This document shows positions 10,925-20,832 of a DNA stretch of 64,000 nucleotides, one piece after another; position 1 is the first letter of the stretch; each line of letters starts with the position of its first letter. The DNA is taken from assembly GCA_963813715.1 (NCBI GenBank), contig CAWFAK010000007.1, forward strand, positions 128,001 through 192,000. Direction: 5' to 3'. The position numbers were made by a program, and so were the translations under genes. A model generated the notes under the pieces. It was not told the origin of the DNA, did no database searches, and worked only from the letters and a program-made list of their open reading frames with translations. Source of the stretch: an uncultured Planctomycetaceae bacterium (GTDB taxonomy: Bacteria; Planctomycetota; Planctomycetia; Planctomycetales; Planctomycetaceae).

Positions 10925-11313
10925 GCGTGCTCGCTCTCGTCGGCACAGTGCGCTTCGTAGGCGGCACGGTCCATCAATCCCGACAGCGAGGACGGATCGC
11001 TCAGCTTGAGCTTCATCATCCATCCCTTGCCGAACGGGTCGTCCGACAGCACTCCGAGATCGTCGGCAAGCGCCTCGTTCACCTCGACGATTTCGCCGGT
11101 CGCGGGCGCGTAAAGGTCGCTCACGGCCTTCACGCTTTCGACCTCGCCGAAGGTTTCGCCCTGGCGAATCGTGCGTCCCTTGCGGGGCAGCTCGATATGC
11201 ACCAGGTCCGTCAGCTGCTTGACCGCGAAATCCGTGATGCCCACCGTCGCCGTTTGTCCCTGGACCGAAATCCACTCGTGGGACTTTGCATATTTCAAGG
11301 AGTTGAGGTCCAT
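10921..11313 (-). CDS. gcvH: Glycine cleavage system H protein
   Basis: KYAKSHEW, VGITDFA, lipoyl-Lys motif VESVKAVSD, DPFGKGW. Confidence 0.96.
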   Translation of the reverse strand: MDLNSLKYAKSHEWISVQGQTATVGITDFAVKQLTDLVHIELPRKGRTIRQGETFGEVESVKAVSDLYAPATGEIVEVNEALADDLGVLSDDPFGKGWMMKLKLSDPSSLSGLMDRAAYEAHCADESEHA

Positions 11314-11533
11314 CCCCGGAAATTCCCTCTCCGAACGAACCGGCCCTGCCGGCAAATGGCGATCGGACGAACAGACAATGTTGTGTTTCAGGCTGCGGAG
11401 CGTGAAGGCGTCCGCGCGATGTGCCGATGCACACCATACATTCAGCCGCGCCGCCTGAAAAGCGAGCGAATGCAAAGTCCGTCGACGATCCGGCACGGCC
11501 CCGCGGCGCACGGCGATGCTCATCAAAAGGACG

Positions 11534-12007
11534 CTAGGGATTCGCGTTGGGAGGGGTCTGCGCGGCCGTCCGACCCTCATATTGCGCGATCTTCCCGAGC
11601 CGGCGGGCGTGGCGGCCGCCTTCGAACTCGGTCTTGAGCCAGATCTCGACCATGCGGTTGACCAAGCGATCCCCCAACAGGTCGGCCGAAAGGCACAGCA
11701 CGTTCGCATCGTTGTGCAGCCTGCTCATTTCGGCCGTTAGATCGTCGTGGCACGGGGCAGCGCGAATGCCGGGAAATTTGTTGGCGACGATGCACATCCC
11801 CATGCCCGTGCCACAAATCAGGATGCCGCGATCGACCTGGCGCGAGCTAACCGCGGCGGCGACCTTGGCCGCATAGTCGGGATAGTCGACGCTTTGTGAG
11901 CTTTCGGGGCCGAAATCGAGACCTTCGTGGCCCAGCTCGGCGAGCCGAGCGAGGATTTTTCCTTTGACCGCGAAACCACGGTGATCGCTGGCGACGGCGA
12001 TTTTCAT
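11534..12007 (-). CDS. rpiB: Ribose-5-phosphate isomerase B
   Basis: SDHRG, SVDYPD, ICGTGMG, ANKFPGIRA, HNDANVL and FEGGRH motifs. Confidence 0.96.
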   Translation of the reverse strand: MKIAVASDHRGFAVKGKILARLAELGHEGLDFGPESSQSVDYPDYAAKVAAAVSSRQVDRGILICGTGMGMCIVANKFPGIRAAPCHDDLTAEMSRLHNDANVLCLSADLLGDRLVNRMVEIWLKTEFEGGRHARRLGKIAQYEGRTAAQTPPNANP

Positions 12008-12154
12008 GCGTGTTGACGATCTCTCCGTTGCTATCCCAAGTGTTTGTTAGTTTCTCGCTTCGAGTCCCGGTCTACAAGCAGCTGTATCAGCCGTGAACGG
12101 AATTTGAGTCGCGAACAGAACTTAGATCCCGAACCAAATCCAAGCCGGCCGCGG

Positions 12155-13282
12155 TCACGGTTTACCTCCGGGCAGCGGCAGCGTTTGCAGGATGACTTTC
12201 AGGTTGCGATCGATTTCGACGCGACATTGTTCGTATTCATCTTCGCCGAGCCCGATTGGATCGGAGATTTCGGCCCCGTCCCGCGCCAGCAGCTCGACGC
12301 GGTCGCCCAGATGGGGGTAGGAAGCCAGGATTGCGTCGCGGTGACCGCGCGTCATGGCGAAAATCTGGTCAGCCTGTTCCAGCAGACGCTGCGTCACCGG
12401 CTGCGATTCGTGCGCTCGCAAGTCGACACCGTACCGCGCGGCGACCTGGATCGACTCGGGCGCAGCCGGCAAGCCGGATTCGGCCGCCATACCCGCCGAA
12501 AGGACCATGTATCCGTGGTCAGCCAGTTCGTCTTCGCGGCAGTGCAGGCGATCGGCCAGCATCTTGCGGAAGAGTCCCTCGGCCAGCGGACTGCGGCAGG
12601 TGTTTCCCGTGCAGATGAACAAAAAAACTTCGCTGGCGAGCCGCCCGATCATGGTTTCCGTCACGACTCCCGGACGGACGACCGACCAGGATCCGTTGGA
12701 CACGCCGACAACCGTCGCCAATTGCCCGTAGCGGCATTCGCCGTCATCGATCACCAGCTCGACGACGCTGCCGAAGCCATCGAGCAAGCTGCCGGCGGTC
12801 AAAAGCGGTTGCTCGTGACATTCGGTTTGTGCGATTAGGGGCGCGGGCATCAGCCGCAACGCCTCTTGAATGCAGTCGTGAGCGGGAACGCGAATCCAGA
12901 GCCGCGAGTCGGGCGAGAGCGCCCGTTGAGCCGCTTCCGACAGGGCAGAGAACAAGCCCGACTTTGGCTTGAGATCAAAAGCCAGCGTCACGGGACCGGG
13001 CCAACAGCGGCGTGCCAGCCGCTGACCCAGAGCGTCCATGTGCGGCACGTAGTCGAGGGCTTCCTGGAGACCCTTGACCACCAACGTCGTATGGCATGCC
13101 TTGCCTCCGGACTTGCCGGCACTCAAGCGATCGACGGCCGGCCCGACCAGCGAGTGGGCACACGCCGCGTACACCGTCTCGGTCGGAAAGCCGACGATGT
13201 GTCCGGCGATAAGCGACTGCACGGCGCGATGGACCGCGTCGCGAGGGTCGTCGGTTTTACGAAGGTCGACCAGAGCCGACAT
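12155..13282 (-). CDS. Fusion of a TsaC/Sua5(YrdC)-like domain and a low-molecular-weight protein phosphatase (YwlE-like)
   Basis: N-terminal FPTETVY, WPGPVT, IRVP; C-terminal FICTGNTCRSPLAE P-loop and ISDPIG. Confidence 0.9.
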   Translation of the reverse strand: MSALVDLRKTDDPRDAVHRAVQSLIAGHIVGFPTETVYAACAHSLVGPAVDRLSAGKSGGKACHTTLVVKGLQEALDYVPHMDALGQRLARRCWPGPVTLAFDLKPKSGLFSALSEAAQRALSPDSRLWIRVPAHDCIQEALRLMPAPLIAQTECHEQPLLTAGSLLDGFGSVVELVIDDGECRYGQLATVVGVSNGSWSVVRPGVVTETMIGRLASEVFLFICTGNTCRSPLAEGLFRKMLADRLHCREDELADHGYMVLSAGMAAESGLPAAPESIQVAARYGVDLRAHESQPVTQRLLEQADQIFAMTRGHRDAILASYPHLGDRVELLARDGAEISDPIGLGEDEYEQCRVEIDRNLKVILQTLPLPGGKP

Positions 13283-13846
13283 CGGCGCACTTCCCTGAAG
13301 GGCCGCTCGAGCCGCCCTGCGAGTCGGGGCCGGTGCTGACCGCCCGCGTCGGCAAACGCCGCGCTGCGGATCCCCAGCCTGCGATGGAATCGAATTTACG
13401 TATCGGACAATTCGTGTCGATCCTCCGCGGGCGCGGCACGGAGGGAACTGATTTTATGTCGAATGAAACGGCTTGGATCGACCGGTTAGGTAGGCGAGAA
13501 AGCCACGAACTCTCCACGATTGACAAGGCCGCGCAGAGATTCCGAACCGGCTTAGACACGGTCGCCGCCGTGCGCAACCGTCGACCGGATAGGAATTTGG
13601 CTCTGAAGAATCATAATCCGGGCGGGGTCGATCTTCAAGCGGCTGCCGCACGCGAGTGAGCCGGGCTCCCATTGCATTTCCAGGTCTAAAATTTTGCCCG
13701 CTGGACGCGCGAATCCGGTCATAAATGCGTATAACAGGCACACAATGTGCCCTTCTGCTGGGGGCCACGGGGACGTGATCGTCCCTTGAACAGCGTCTCT
13801 GACTTCGACAGCGCTTGCGATTTCGACGTGAGAATCCGGCGAAACA

Positions 13847-14581
13847 ATGACGACACTGCAGCGACGGCGAAAACCGAAACGCAAACTGCCTCGTAAGGCT
13901 TTGCGGCGTCTGGTCGAGTTCAAGGGAATTCGTCGACTGAGCTTCCGCGAATACCGCGACGACATCCGCGAGCTTTACGACGGACCACGCGGCGCCGTGC
14001 TGGCGTTGGGCAGTTTGATCTCTCTGCACGAGCCGCTGATCGGTCACGTGCTGCGGGCCCGAAAGTTCGACATCACCGGCTCGCGCAAAATTCTCGACGT
14101 CGGCTCGGGCGCGGGACAGATCCTGGGACACCTGCTCAAGCAAGCGCTCCCCGACACGCAGCTCGTCGCGTTCGACTTGTCGCATCAGATGCTCCGTCGC
14201 GCTCGCACGCGTGTGAAGGACCGGCGCCCTCAATACATCGCCGGCGACATGATGCGGATGCCGTTTGCCGACGGCACCTTCGATTGTGTGACGTGCGGCT
14301 GGGTGATCGAGCACCTGCCCGATCCCCGCCCCGGACTGCGCGAGATCGGCCGCGTGTTGCGGCCCGGCGCGCGGGCCCTGATTCTGGCGACGGAGGACAC
14401 GGTCTCCGGCGCGTTCGTCAGCCGGACCTGGCGGTGCCGCACCTACAATCGCAGCGAGCTCGAGCGCGCGTGCGACGAAGCGGGCCTGCCCTGGAAGGCT
14501 CAGCTCTGGTTCACGCCGGTCCATCGCTTCTTCAAGATGGGCGGGATTCTCGTCGAGGCCATCAAGCCCAATGTCGATTGA
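13847..14581 (+). CDS. Class I SAM-dependent methyltransferase
   Basis: ILDVGSGAG, FDLSHQML, PFADGTFD and RVLRPG motifs. Confidence 0.9.
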   Translation: MTTLQRRRKPKRKLPRKALRRLVEFKGIRRLSFREYRDDIRELYDGPRGAVLALGSLISLHEPLIGHVLRARKFDITGSRKILDVGSGAGQILGHLLKQALPDTQLVAFDLSHQMLRRARTRVKDRRPQYIAGDMMRMPFADGTFDCVTCGWVIEHLPDPRPGLREIGRVLRPGARALILATEDTVSGAFVSRTWRCRTYNRSELERACDEAGLPWKAQLWFTPVHRFFKMGGILVEAIKPNVD

Positions 14582-14757
14582 GTGCCGCTCGCGCACGTGC
14601 TCGGCGGCCGTGCGCGACCTACGAACCACGGCTCGCGTCCACCGCTTGCTGGACGGGCCGGCCGTCAGTCGACACGAGGTCGGCAAACCAGCGCGGTGAC
14701 TCCCGATCTCGGTATTTCTCCCACCCCCTTCTTTGACGCTCTCAGCAGCGACTCTTG

Positions 14758-14935
14758 ATGGGTTCGTTCGGATTACGTTTTCGATAACTGCCCCGGCTCG
14801 TCTTCGGCGTACTCCCACGCGTCACGAACTTGGCTCTTCTCAGACGAGTCCAGCGGCAGTTAAATGGAACTGGGCTGTGAAGCCAGGTCGTGAAAGGCAC
14901 GCCAGTCCCGTTCCGCGGAGTGAACCGAACCCATG
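14758..14935. other. Putative structured RNA element (three-way junction) in the leader of the SGNH-like gene
   Basis: ATGGGTTCG(14758-66)/CGAACCCAT(14926-34) encloses TAACTGCC/GGCAGTTA plus CTCGTCT/AGACGAG, and GGAACTGGGCTG/CAGTCCCGTTCC. Confidence 0.45.
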
Positions 14936-16069
14936 ACCGCCACCAAGGTACTCGCGGCTCAGCCGGCCAAGCGGCCGAGTCGCTTCGGACTTGGCTGGCG
15001 GCTCATTGCGCTGTGCCTCTGGACGGCAGTCTTATGCTATGTCGGCGCAAAATGCTTTTTGTGGTGGCGTCTGGACGTGGGCATGACCGAGAGCCCGGGC
15101 GTTGAGGCAGTGTGGCGGCTTCACTACCAGGAGCTGTATTCCTCAGGTGCCGTGAATGCCCGGCTCGGCCCGGACGACGGCTCATACGACGTCCTCTTGC
15201 TCGGCGGATCCGTGCTCGAACAAACGGCGCCGGCCCTCGAACAAGCGTTGCGCAAAGAACTCGACGGCCGAGTGCGGCTGTTCAACTTGGCGCGGGCCGC
15301 CCATACGTCGCGCGACAGTCATTTCAAGTGCCAGCGGCTCACCGGGAAGTCGTTCGACCGGGTAATTTTCTACGACGGCATCAACGACGTGCGGATGAAC
15401 TGCTGCCCCGACGAGGTTTTTCGCGACGACTATCGACATTTCAGCTGGTACGACTCGCTGGAGACTCGGCTGGCCGCCGGCACCGTGTCGGTCTCCGACA
15501 TCCTGGCCTCGAACCTCAAGCGTGGCTCGCTGTCGTTCGACGTCGCGTCGGGGCGCCAGTTCAGCGATCACGTCAAGACGGCCCGCGCGTACCGGCAGAA
15601 TCTCGAGTCGATTGCCGATGCGGCCGACCGTGGCCTGGGCCCGCTCCTCTTGATGACGTTCGCGTCCTACGTTCCCCGGGACTACTCGGACGAGGCCTTT
15701 CGCGCGCACCGACTCGGCTACGGCCGCGGCAAGTACGACGTCGGGCTAGACGTCTGGGGAACGTCAAACGGCGTGCAGGCGGCCATCGCCGCGCACAACG
15801 ACGTGTTGCGCGAGGTCGCCGCACGGCACCAAATGGCGCTCTTCGTCGACGAAGAGAAACAAATGCCCAAGAGCGGCGACAATTTTTCCGACCCCTGCCA
15901 TTTCACCGAACAGGGAATCGCCACCTTCGTTGAGCACACGCTCAGTGCGCTGCGCGACGATGTCGCGCATTTCAAAGCGGCACGCACAGGTCGCGGCAAG
16001 CGCAGCCCAATGACTGGCGCACCGAACGACGCCTGGGAGGCCGCCCGAACCTACTCGGCGTGCTTGTAG
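14933..16069 (+). CDS. Membrane-anchored SGNH/GDSL hydrolase-like protein
   Basis: N-terminal TM; block I LLLGGSV, block III YDGIND, block V DPCH (DxxH). Confidence 0.75.
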   Translation: MTATKVLAAQPAKRPSRFGLGWRLIALCLWTAVLCYVGAKCFLWWRLDVGMTESPGVEAVWRLHYQELYSSGAVNARLGPDDGSYDVLLLGGSVLEQTAPALEQALRKELDGRVRLFNLARAAHTSRDSHFKCQRLTGKSFDRVIFYDGINDVRMNCCPDEVFRDDYRHFSWYDSLETRLAAGTVSVSDILASNLKRGSLSFDVASGRQFSDHVKTARAYRQNLESIADAADRGLGPLLLMTFASYVPRDYSDEAFRAHRLGYGRGKYDVGLDVWGTSNGVQAAIAAHNDVLREVAARHQMALFVDEEKQMPKSGDNFSDPCHFTEQGIATFVEHTLSALRDDVAHFKAARTGRGKRSPMTGAPNDAWEAARTYSACL

Positions 16070-16398
16070 ATCTCGGTCGGAGGCGCGACCTTGCGGTAGC
16101 CGAGGTTCTCGATCACCTCGAGCACTTCGCTCCAGGTGGGGAACTGGCGACCGCTGCGGCGCTTGTAGAGATCCATCGCCTTCATGAAGTCGACCTGATC
16201 GGGCGTGTAATCGCGCTCGCAAGTCGTGGGATCGATTTGACGCCGCCGCTCAACCTTGCTGCGACGCTCGCCCTGACGCTGCTCGATGCCGGACGGCTCC
16301 GGCGCTCCCGTGCCGCGGCGATCGGGCGCGGCGGCGCGGCGCCCCGTGCGGCGACGATCGACAATAAGCTGATTAGCGGCGTTGGTGTGCCTGATCAT
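16051..16398 (-). CDS. Small protein with Arg-rich (DRR/ERR) N-terminus, of a type I recognise from planctomycetes
   Basis: [15 protein letters not shown]...[39 protein letters not shown] before ATG 16398 (alternative GTG at 16410). Confidence 0.85.
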   Translation of the reverse strand: MIRHTNAANQLIVDRRRTGRRAAAPDRRGTGAPEPSGIEQRQGERRSKVERRRQIDPTTCERDYTPDQVDFMKAMDLYKRRSGRQFPTWSEVLEVIENLGYRKVAPPTEIYKHAE

Positions 16399-16631
16399 AG
16401 CGCGTGTCACCCCTTCTGATGTCTTAGGCGGGTTGGGCGGACGGTAGTTCCCGTTGGGGCAAGTGTGGGACTGGGGTGTCGGCGTGTCGCTGTCGCTGGC
16501 TTTTCGGGACGGCCCTCATGGCCTGGAAAAGCCGCTTTAATTATTCCCGGTAGAATCCACCCAGGCAGCAGCTAACGGTGAAGAAAGCAAGGAAAGCCCG
16601 GCGAACAGTGCGGACGCGGCAGTCTTCCCGC

Positions 16632-18687
16632 TTATTCCGCGCGTGACGGTTTTGCGGGGCCGGAAGTGCCCGGAGCCACGCGTGCTGCCGGGCTTTCGGT
16701 AGAGATGGCAGCTTTCGCGATTGGGTCGTTCTGGATCACGCCGCCGACCACCAGGCGAGCCGACCCCTCGCCCACTCGCCCCGCCGCAAAGACGGTGTCG
16801 AACAGGCTGGCGACATCTAGAAAGCGAGTGAGCACTTCGTTCGCATCGGCCGAACTGATCGATCGCACGCGCGTCGCGTGCTGCACCAGCTGCTGTCCGT
16901 GCTCGACGAGAAAGCGGCGGATTCCGGCCGTGTCGATGTAAACGACCTGGTTCTCCCGCGGAAAGTAGCGTTTGGCGAGCGTCTCAATGGCCGGAGGGAT
17001 CGAGCTCCGGACCGCGGAGTCTTCCCGGGAAATGAAGTGCCGTACAGCCTGCGGACTCGTGGCGAACACCAAAAATCGCGAGGTCAGCGAATAGGCCGGC
17101 TGGTATGGGCCCAGGCTGTCGATCCAGCGAGTCCGCGTGATCCCGATGCTTTCCGTGCGCACCACCGCGGGCTTGCCCGTCGACCGCATGTTGAAATAGG
17201 CGGCCGCCAGGTTCAGACCGATGTTGAGGCCGTTATCCAGCGCGTCGCGAAACGAAGGAGGCCGTTCCGGCGCGCCGGGGCCTGTCACCACGACGGCGGC
17301 CGCGCCCGAGTTCGAGCAGGGCGCAATCGTCGTGTCGGCTGGCGGCAGCTCGGCCCCGATCAAGCCGTCGATCGGCAATTCGTCCGGTTTGGCATCGGTC
17401 CGCGCGACGATGTAGGCGCCGAAATTCTCGCGGAAGGCCGGCAGCACGTCCTCGAACGGATCGAGCCCTAGCAAAAGGCCTCGACTGACCTGGCGCAGTG
17501 ACTCCCACACGCCGCCGCCTGCGTCTTTGGCGCTTGGAGGCGCCAGTTGTCTGAGCAAGTCGCCGAACGCCTGCCGGCCAGCCACAACGACGAGCGCGTC
17601 GTGCGGGACCAGGCGGAGAAAGTCGGCGGCGCCCGACATCGATTGAATCCATTTCCGCCCCTGATCAGAGATGCCGTCCATTGAGTAGTGGGCGACCGCT
17701 TCGACGACAATTCCCCGATCGACTTGCACGCCAAAAGCCAGCCATTCGCAGCGCCGCCAGGCCGCTTCGAAGATCTTGGCTAGGGACATATGGACCGGCG
17801 ATTTTGCCGGGGCAGAGCCGCCGGCCGAAAGTCGCCGCAGTCTGGCTCGCGGGCGCCGAAGAAGCTGCCGCTCCATTGGGAGTGAAGCCGAAAACACGGT
17901 CCCAGGCTCGCGGATTCACATAGGCGCGGGCGGCCTGCCCCCCCTGCAGCGATTTGTGCGCGGCCTGATAGGCAGGGAGCCCGAGCAAGCTTTCATTCAA
18001 ACCGGACGCCCGCGCCAGCGTGAGCGAGCGGCGGATCCACTCCTCCCGGTCGGTGAGCATCAGCGTGCGATCGAGCTTACAATAGAAGAGAACCAGCGAC
18101 CCGGATCCTCCTTTTGCCGAACAGGTGCGCTTGTAGTAGGTCTGCCCGGCGAACTCGATCGGCTCGGTTTGCTGCGGCTCGGCCCGGTTCCACCCCTCGA
18201 TCACCGCGTCGAGCGCCTCGCGGCTGGACGTCTCCGTGAGCATGATGGCCGACATGTCCGGGCCGGGCTCGGCATAGACGGCCACAACGACCGCCCGTCC
18301 GAACATGTCGTGAAAAAACTGGCGGAACGATTTGCCGGTGAAATTTTCGATGACTTTGACGATGCCGCGGGCATGGCGATACTCGCTTCCCGATTGCCAC
18401 TCCGCGTAGATCTGCGACCGCTGCAGCCGCTGGAAAAACTCGCCCCGCTCGAAGGCGGTCACCGTGTCTTCGAGATGCGGGATCTCGACGCAAAGCCCCG
18501 CGTCCCGGCCGACCAGACGCACCAGCCGATCGATTGACTCGTCGGCCCATGCCGTCGAACCGATCGACCAAAGCGCCAACACGATTACCAAGCGCGACAG
18601 CAGTTGGCTCACGCTCGACTTCGCTCGTTGCGTGCGCTGCCGTCGGATCGTGGCCGATCCCGGCCGACAAGGAGTTGCCGCAATCAT
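16632..18687 (-). CDS. Large exported hypothetical protein (frameshift near 17790), third gene of an ECF operon
   Basis: ORFs 17665..18687 (signal-like LVIVLALWSIGSTAWA) and 16632..17897 overlap and join; ATGA overlap with the upstream anti-sigma stop. Confidence 0.7.
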
Positions 18688-19495
18688 GTCGCCGGCGTCC
18701 GTTTTTCTGGAACCGCTTGGATCAGAAACTCAAACGCGTGGCTCAACTGGTGAGTCACAGGCGCGATCTCTTCACGCACTCCGTCGACCCAATGATCGTC
18801 GCTCGGCGGAGCGGCCGGCGCGTCGGCGACCGGATCGGCCGAAGGAACCAGCACCGTCGCGGCAGTGACCGCTTTGGCGGCATCACCAGCCAAGTGCAGA
18901 TAGGCGGAGCCGGCATCCGCCACCATCAACTCGACGGGCGCACCGGCAGACGCGGGCGCTTGCGCGTCGACTTGTGCGGCCACCCGCTTAGCGGGCGAAG
19001 TGCTCGCGACTTGTTCGTGGTGTCCACCACCGAGTTCTGGCCCGCGACGGGCTGAGTGGGAGCGGCAGGCGGCAGCGGTCGACGAATCAGCAGCATCGCC
19101 ACGAGGCCTAGCGCCAGCGCCGCGAGACTCAAGCCGGCAGTCCCAATGAACTGACGACCCAGTATTGGACGACCCAGTATTCGGCGACCGGCTCCGCGTT
19201 CCGGGAGAGCGATCTCCCGCGCAGGCGCGGCTTCTGCGCCGAGCGGTGCGCCGTCTTCAATCGGTGCAACGCCCGCCGCGACCTGAGCCAGAATCCGCGC
19301 GGAGAGATCGGCCGACGGCGCCGGCTTCTTCCAGGCCACCACGGCCCGTTCGACAATCAGCGAGTCGAGCCACAGCTCGCGGCACTGTGGGCATGCCCCG
19401 GCATGTTCGCGCAGCTGGGCCACGTCGATCGACGCACGTCGTTCGACAAGTTCGGCCAACTGGCGGCTAAACTCCGTGCAATTGATAGTCGGCAT
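18684..19495 (-). CDS. Putative anti-sigma factor with zinc-finger-like N-terminus and TM (frameshift near 18990)
   Basis: C...HAGACPQC (HxxxCxxC ZAS motif), single TM LSLAALALGLVAMLLI; overlaps the sigma gene 3' end. Confidence 0.8.
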
Positions 19496-20028
19496 TGTTC
19501 ACCACTCCACGACGCCGCAGACGTTCGGCCAGCTCGCGCCGTGCGCGATGCAGCCACGTCTTGACCGTTCCTTCGGGTCGATCGAGCACGGAAGCAATCT
19601 CCGCGCAGCTTAGCTCTTGCTGGTAGAAGAGGACAAAGCAAAGCCGGTAGTCTTCGCGAAGGGCCGCGACGGCCAGATCCAGCTCGTCGCTGAGCTCCCG
19701 CGAATCGCCCGCTCCGCTGGCGACGATACGGCTGATTTCGACGCTGCTGCGGGCCGCGTCTCGCGGTCGCTGCCTCAAGGCGGTGCGGCAGCGATTCGCG
19801 GCAATGGCCAGGATCCAGGGCTGCAGCGGCCGCGTCGGATCCCAGCTTCGCAAGGCGCGAAACACCCGCAGGAAGACATCCTGCGTGACGTCCTCGGCAT
19901 CTTCGCGTTGGCTCAACATCTTCACGCAGACGGCAAACACCATGGACTGAAACCGCTCGACGAGTTCGCGCTGCGCCCTGCTCGTTGCCTTCGAGGCAGA
20001 GTCGAACCAGGGCGGCGTCATCCGTCAC
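19467..20028 (-). CDS. ECF RNA polymerase sigma factor (frameshift near 19978)
   Basis: DAEDVTQDVFLRVF, PWILAIAANRC and GTVKTWLHRAR motifs; the N-terminus VTDDAALVRLCLEG starts at GTG 20028 in the adjacent frame. Confidence 0.92.
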
Positions 20029-20055
20029 AAGACCCCCTGCGTGTCCTTGATTAGA

Positions 20056-20083
20056 GTACCGCACACAAGGGCTTTCGGTTTCA
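20056..20083 (-). promoter_or_regulatory. Possible ECF-type autoregulatory promoter
   Basis: Minus strand TGAAAC-N16-CGGTAC about 30 nt upstream of the ECF start, resembling GAAAC/AAC -35 elements of ECF promoters. Confidence 0.3.
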
Positions 20084-20366
20084 GCAAACGCGGGCCGCCC
20101 CCCTGGCTTCAGCCGGTTCTTCCGTTCACCAACCCCTGGCCGTATCCGGATGGCGTGCCGCACCTTCGAGCATTGTGACCACTTCCTGCAGCCGGCCAGC
20201 CACGAGCGTCAGGCCCCGGTCATAGGCTGGACTCACTCTGGCAAGTCTACGGCCGCGCAGGGGCTTGCCGCAATCCGGTGTCCGTGGCGACGGCCTTAAT
20301 CCGGTCCACGGCTGTTCGCCCCAAATTACGGGCTCAAACAGTGCCAGTGTCCAGGAGCGTCGGAGG

Positions 20367-20585
20367 TCAGGAGTTTTGGCCCGGGGATCCGCCATGCACG
20401 ATCTCGCGGGCCAACTGGCGCGACGCGCGATAGGCGTGGCGCAGGGTAAACATCCGCGCTTCGATCTGCTCTTCGTTGTAGAGGCGGCCTTCGCTGCACG
20501 GGAGACCGGCAAGAGCCAGGGTCAGCGGCAGCAGATCCAAAAACTCACGATATCGACGTTGGATTTCGCCCGCGTCAGTGCTCAT
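20367..20585 (-). CDS. Small hypothetical protein (72 aa)
   Basis: Helical, protein-like sequence RYREFLDLLPLTLALAGLP..EEQIEAR; GGAG SD upstream. Confidence 0.75.
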   Translation of the reverse strand: MSTDAGEIQRRYREFLDLLPLTLALAGLPCSEGRLYNEEQIEARMFTLRHAYRASRQLAREIVHGGSPGQNS

Positions 20586-20832
20586 GGCTATCGACTCCGG
20601 TCACTGCCCATCGATCTCCGAACCGCGCGGAAGGAAGCTCAGGCGGCACCCGGAGGATGGGGTTCTCTCAACGTGGTGTTGCTTGACGCCCCTTCTCCAC
20701 CGCTGCTTTTACCAGTTTTTTGACGGAGAAACAAATCGAGAAACCGAGCTTCAGCAAGGCGCTCGCGACTCGTGGCGTGCAGCAAGCGGATCGTGGCACT
20801 ATCTTGCCACGCGGCTTCGAAATCCGACCCGT

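Noticed and set aside
11314..11533. Canonical glycine riboswitch upstream of gcvH
   Set aside because: No correctly ordered GGAGA...CCGAAG...CUCUCAGG elements.
13520..13550. Sigma70 promoter at TTGACA (13520)
   Set aside because: No plausible -10 hexamer at 16-18 nt spacing.
14866..14914. SRP RNA or SAM-I riboswitch
   Set aside because: CCAGGTC..GAAA lacks the following AGCAG of SRP domain IV; the minus-strand GGGACTGGC lacks the rest of the SAM-I core.
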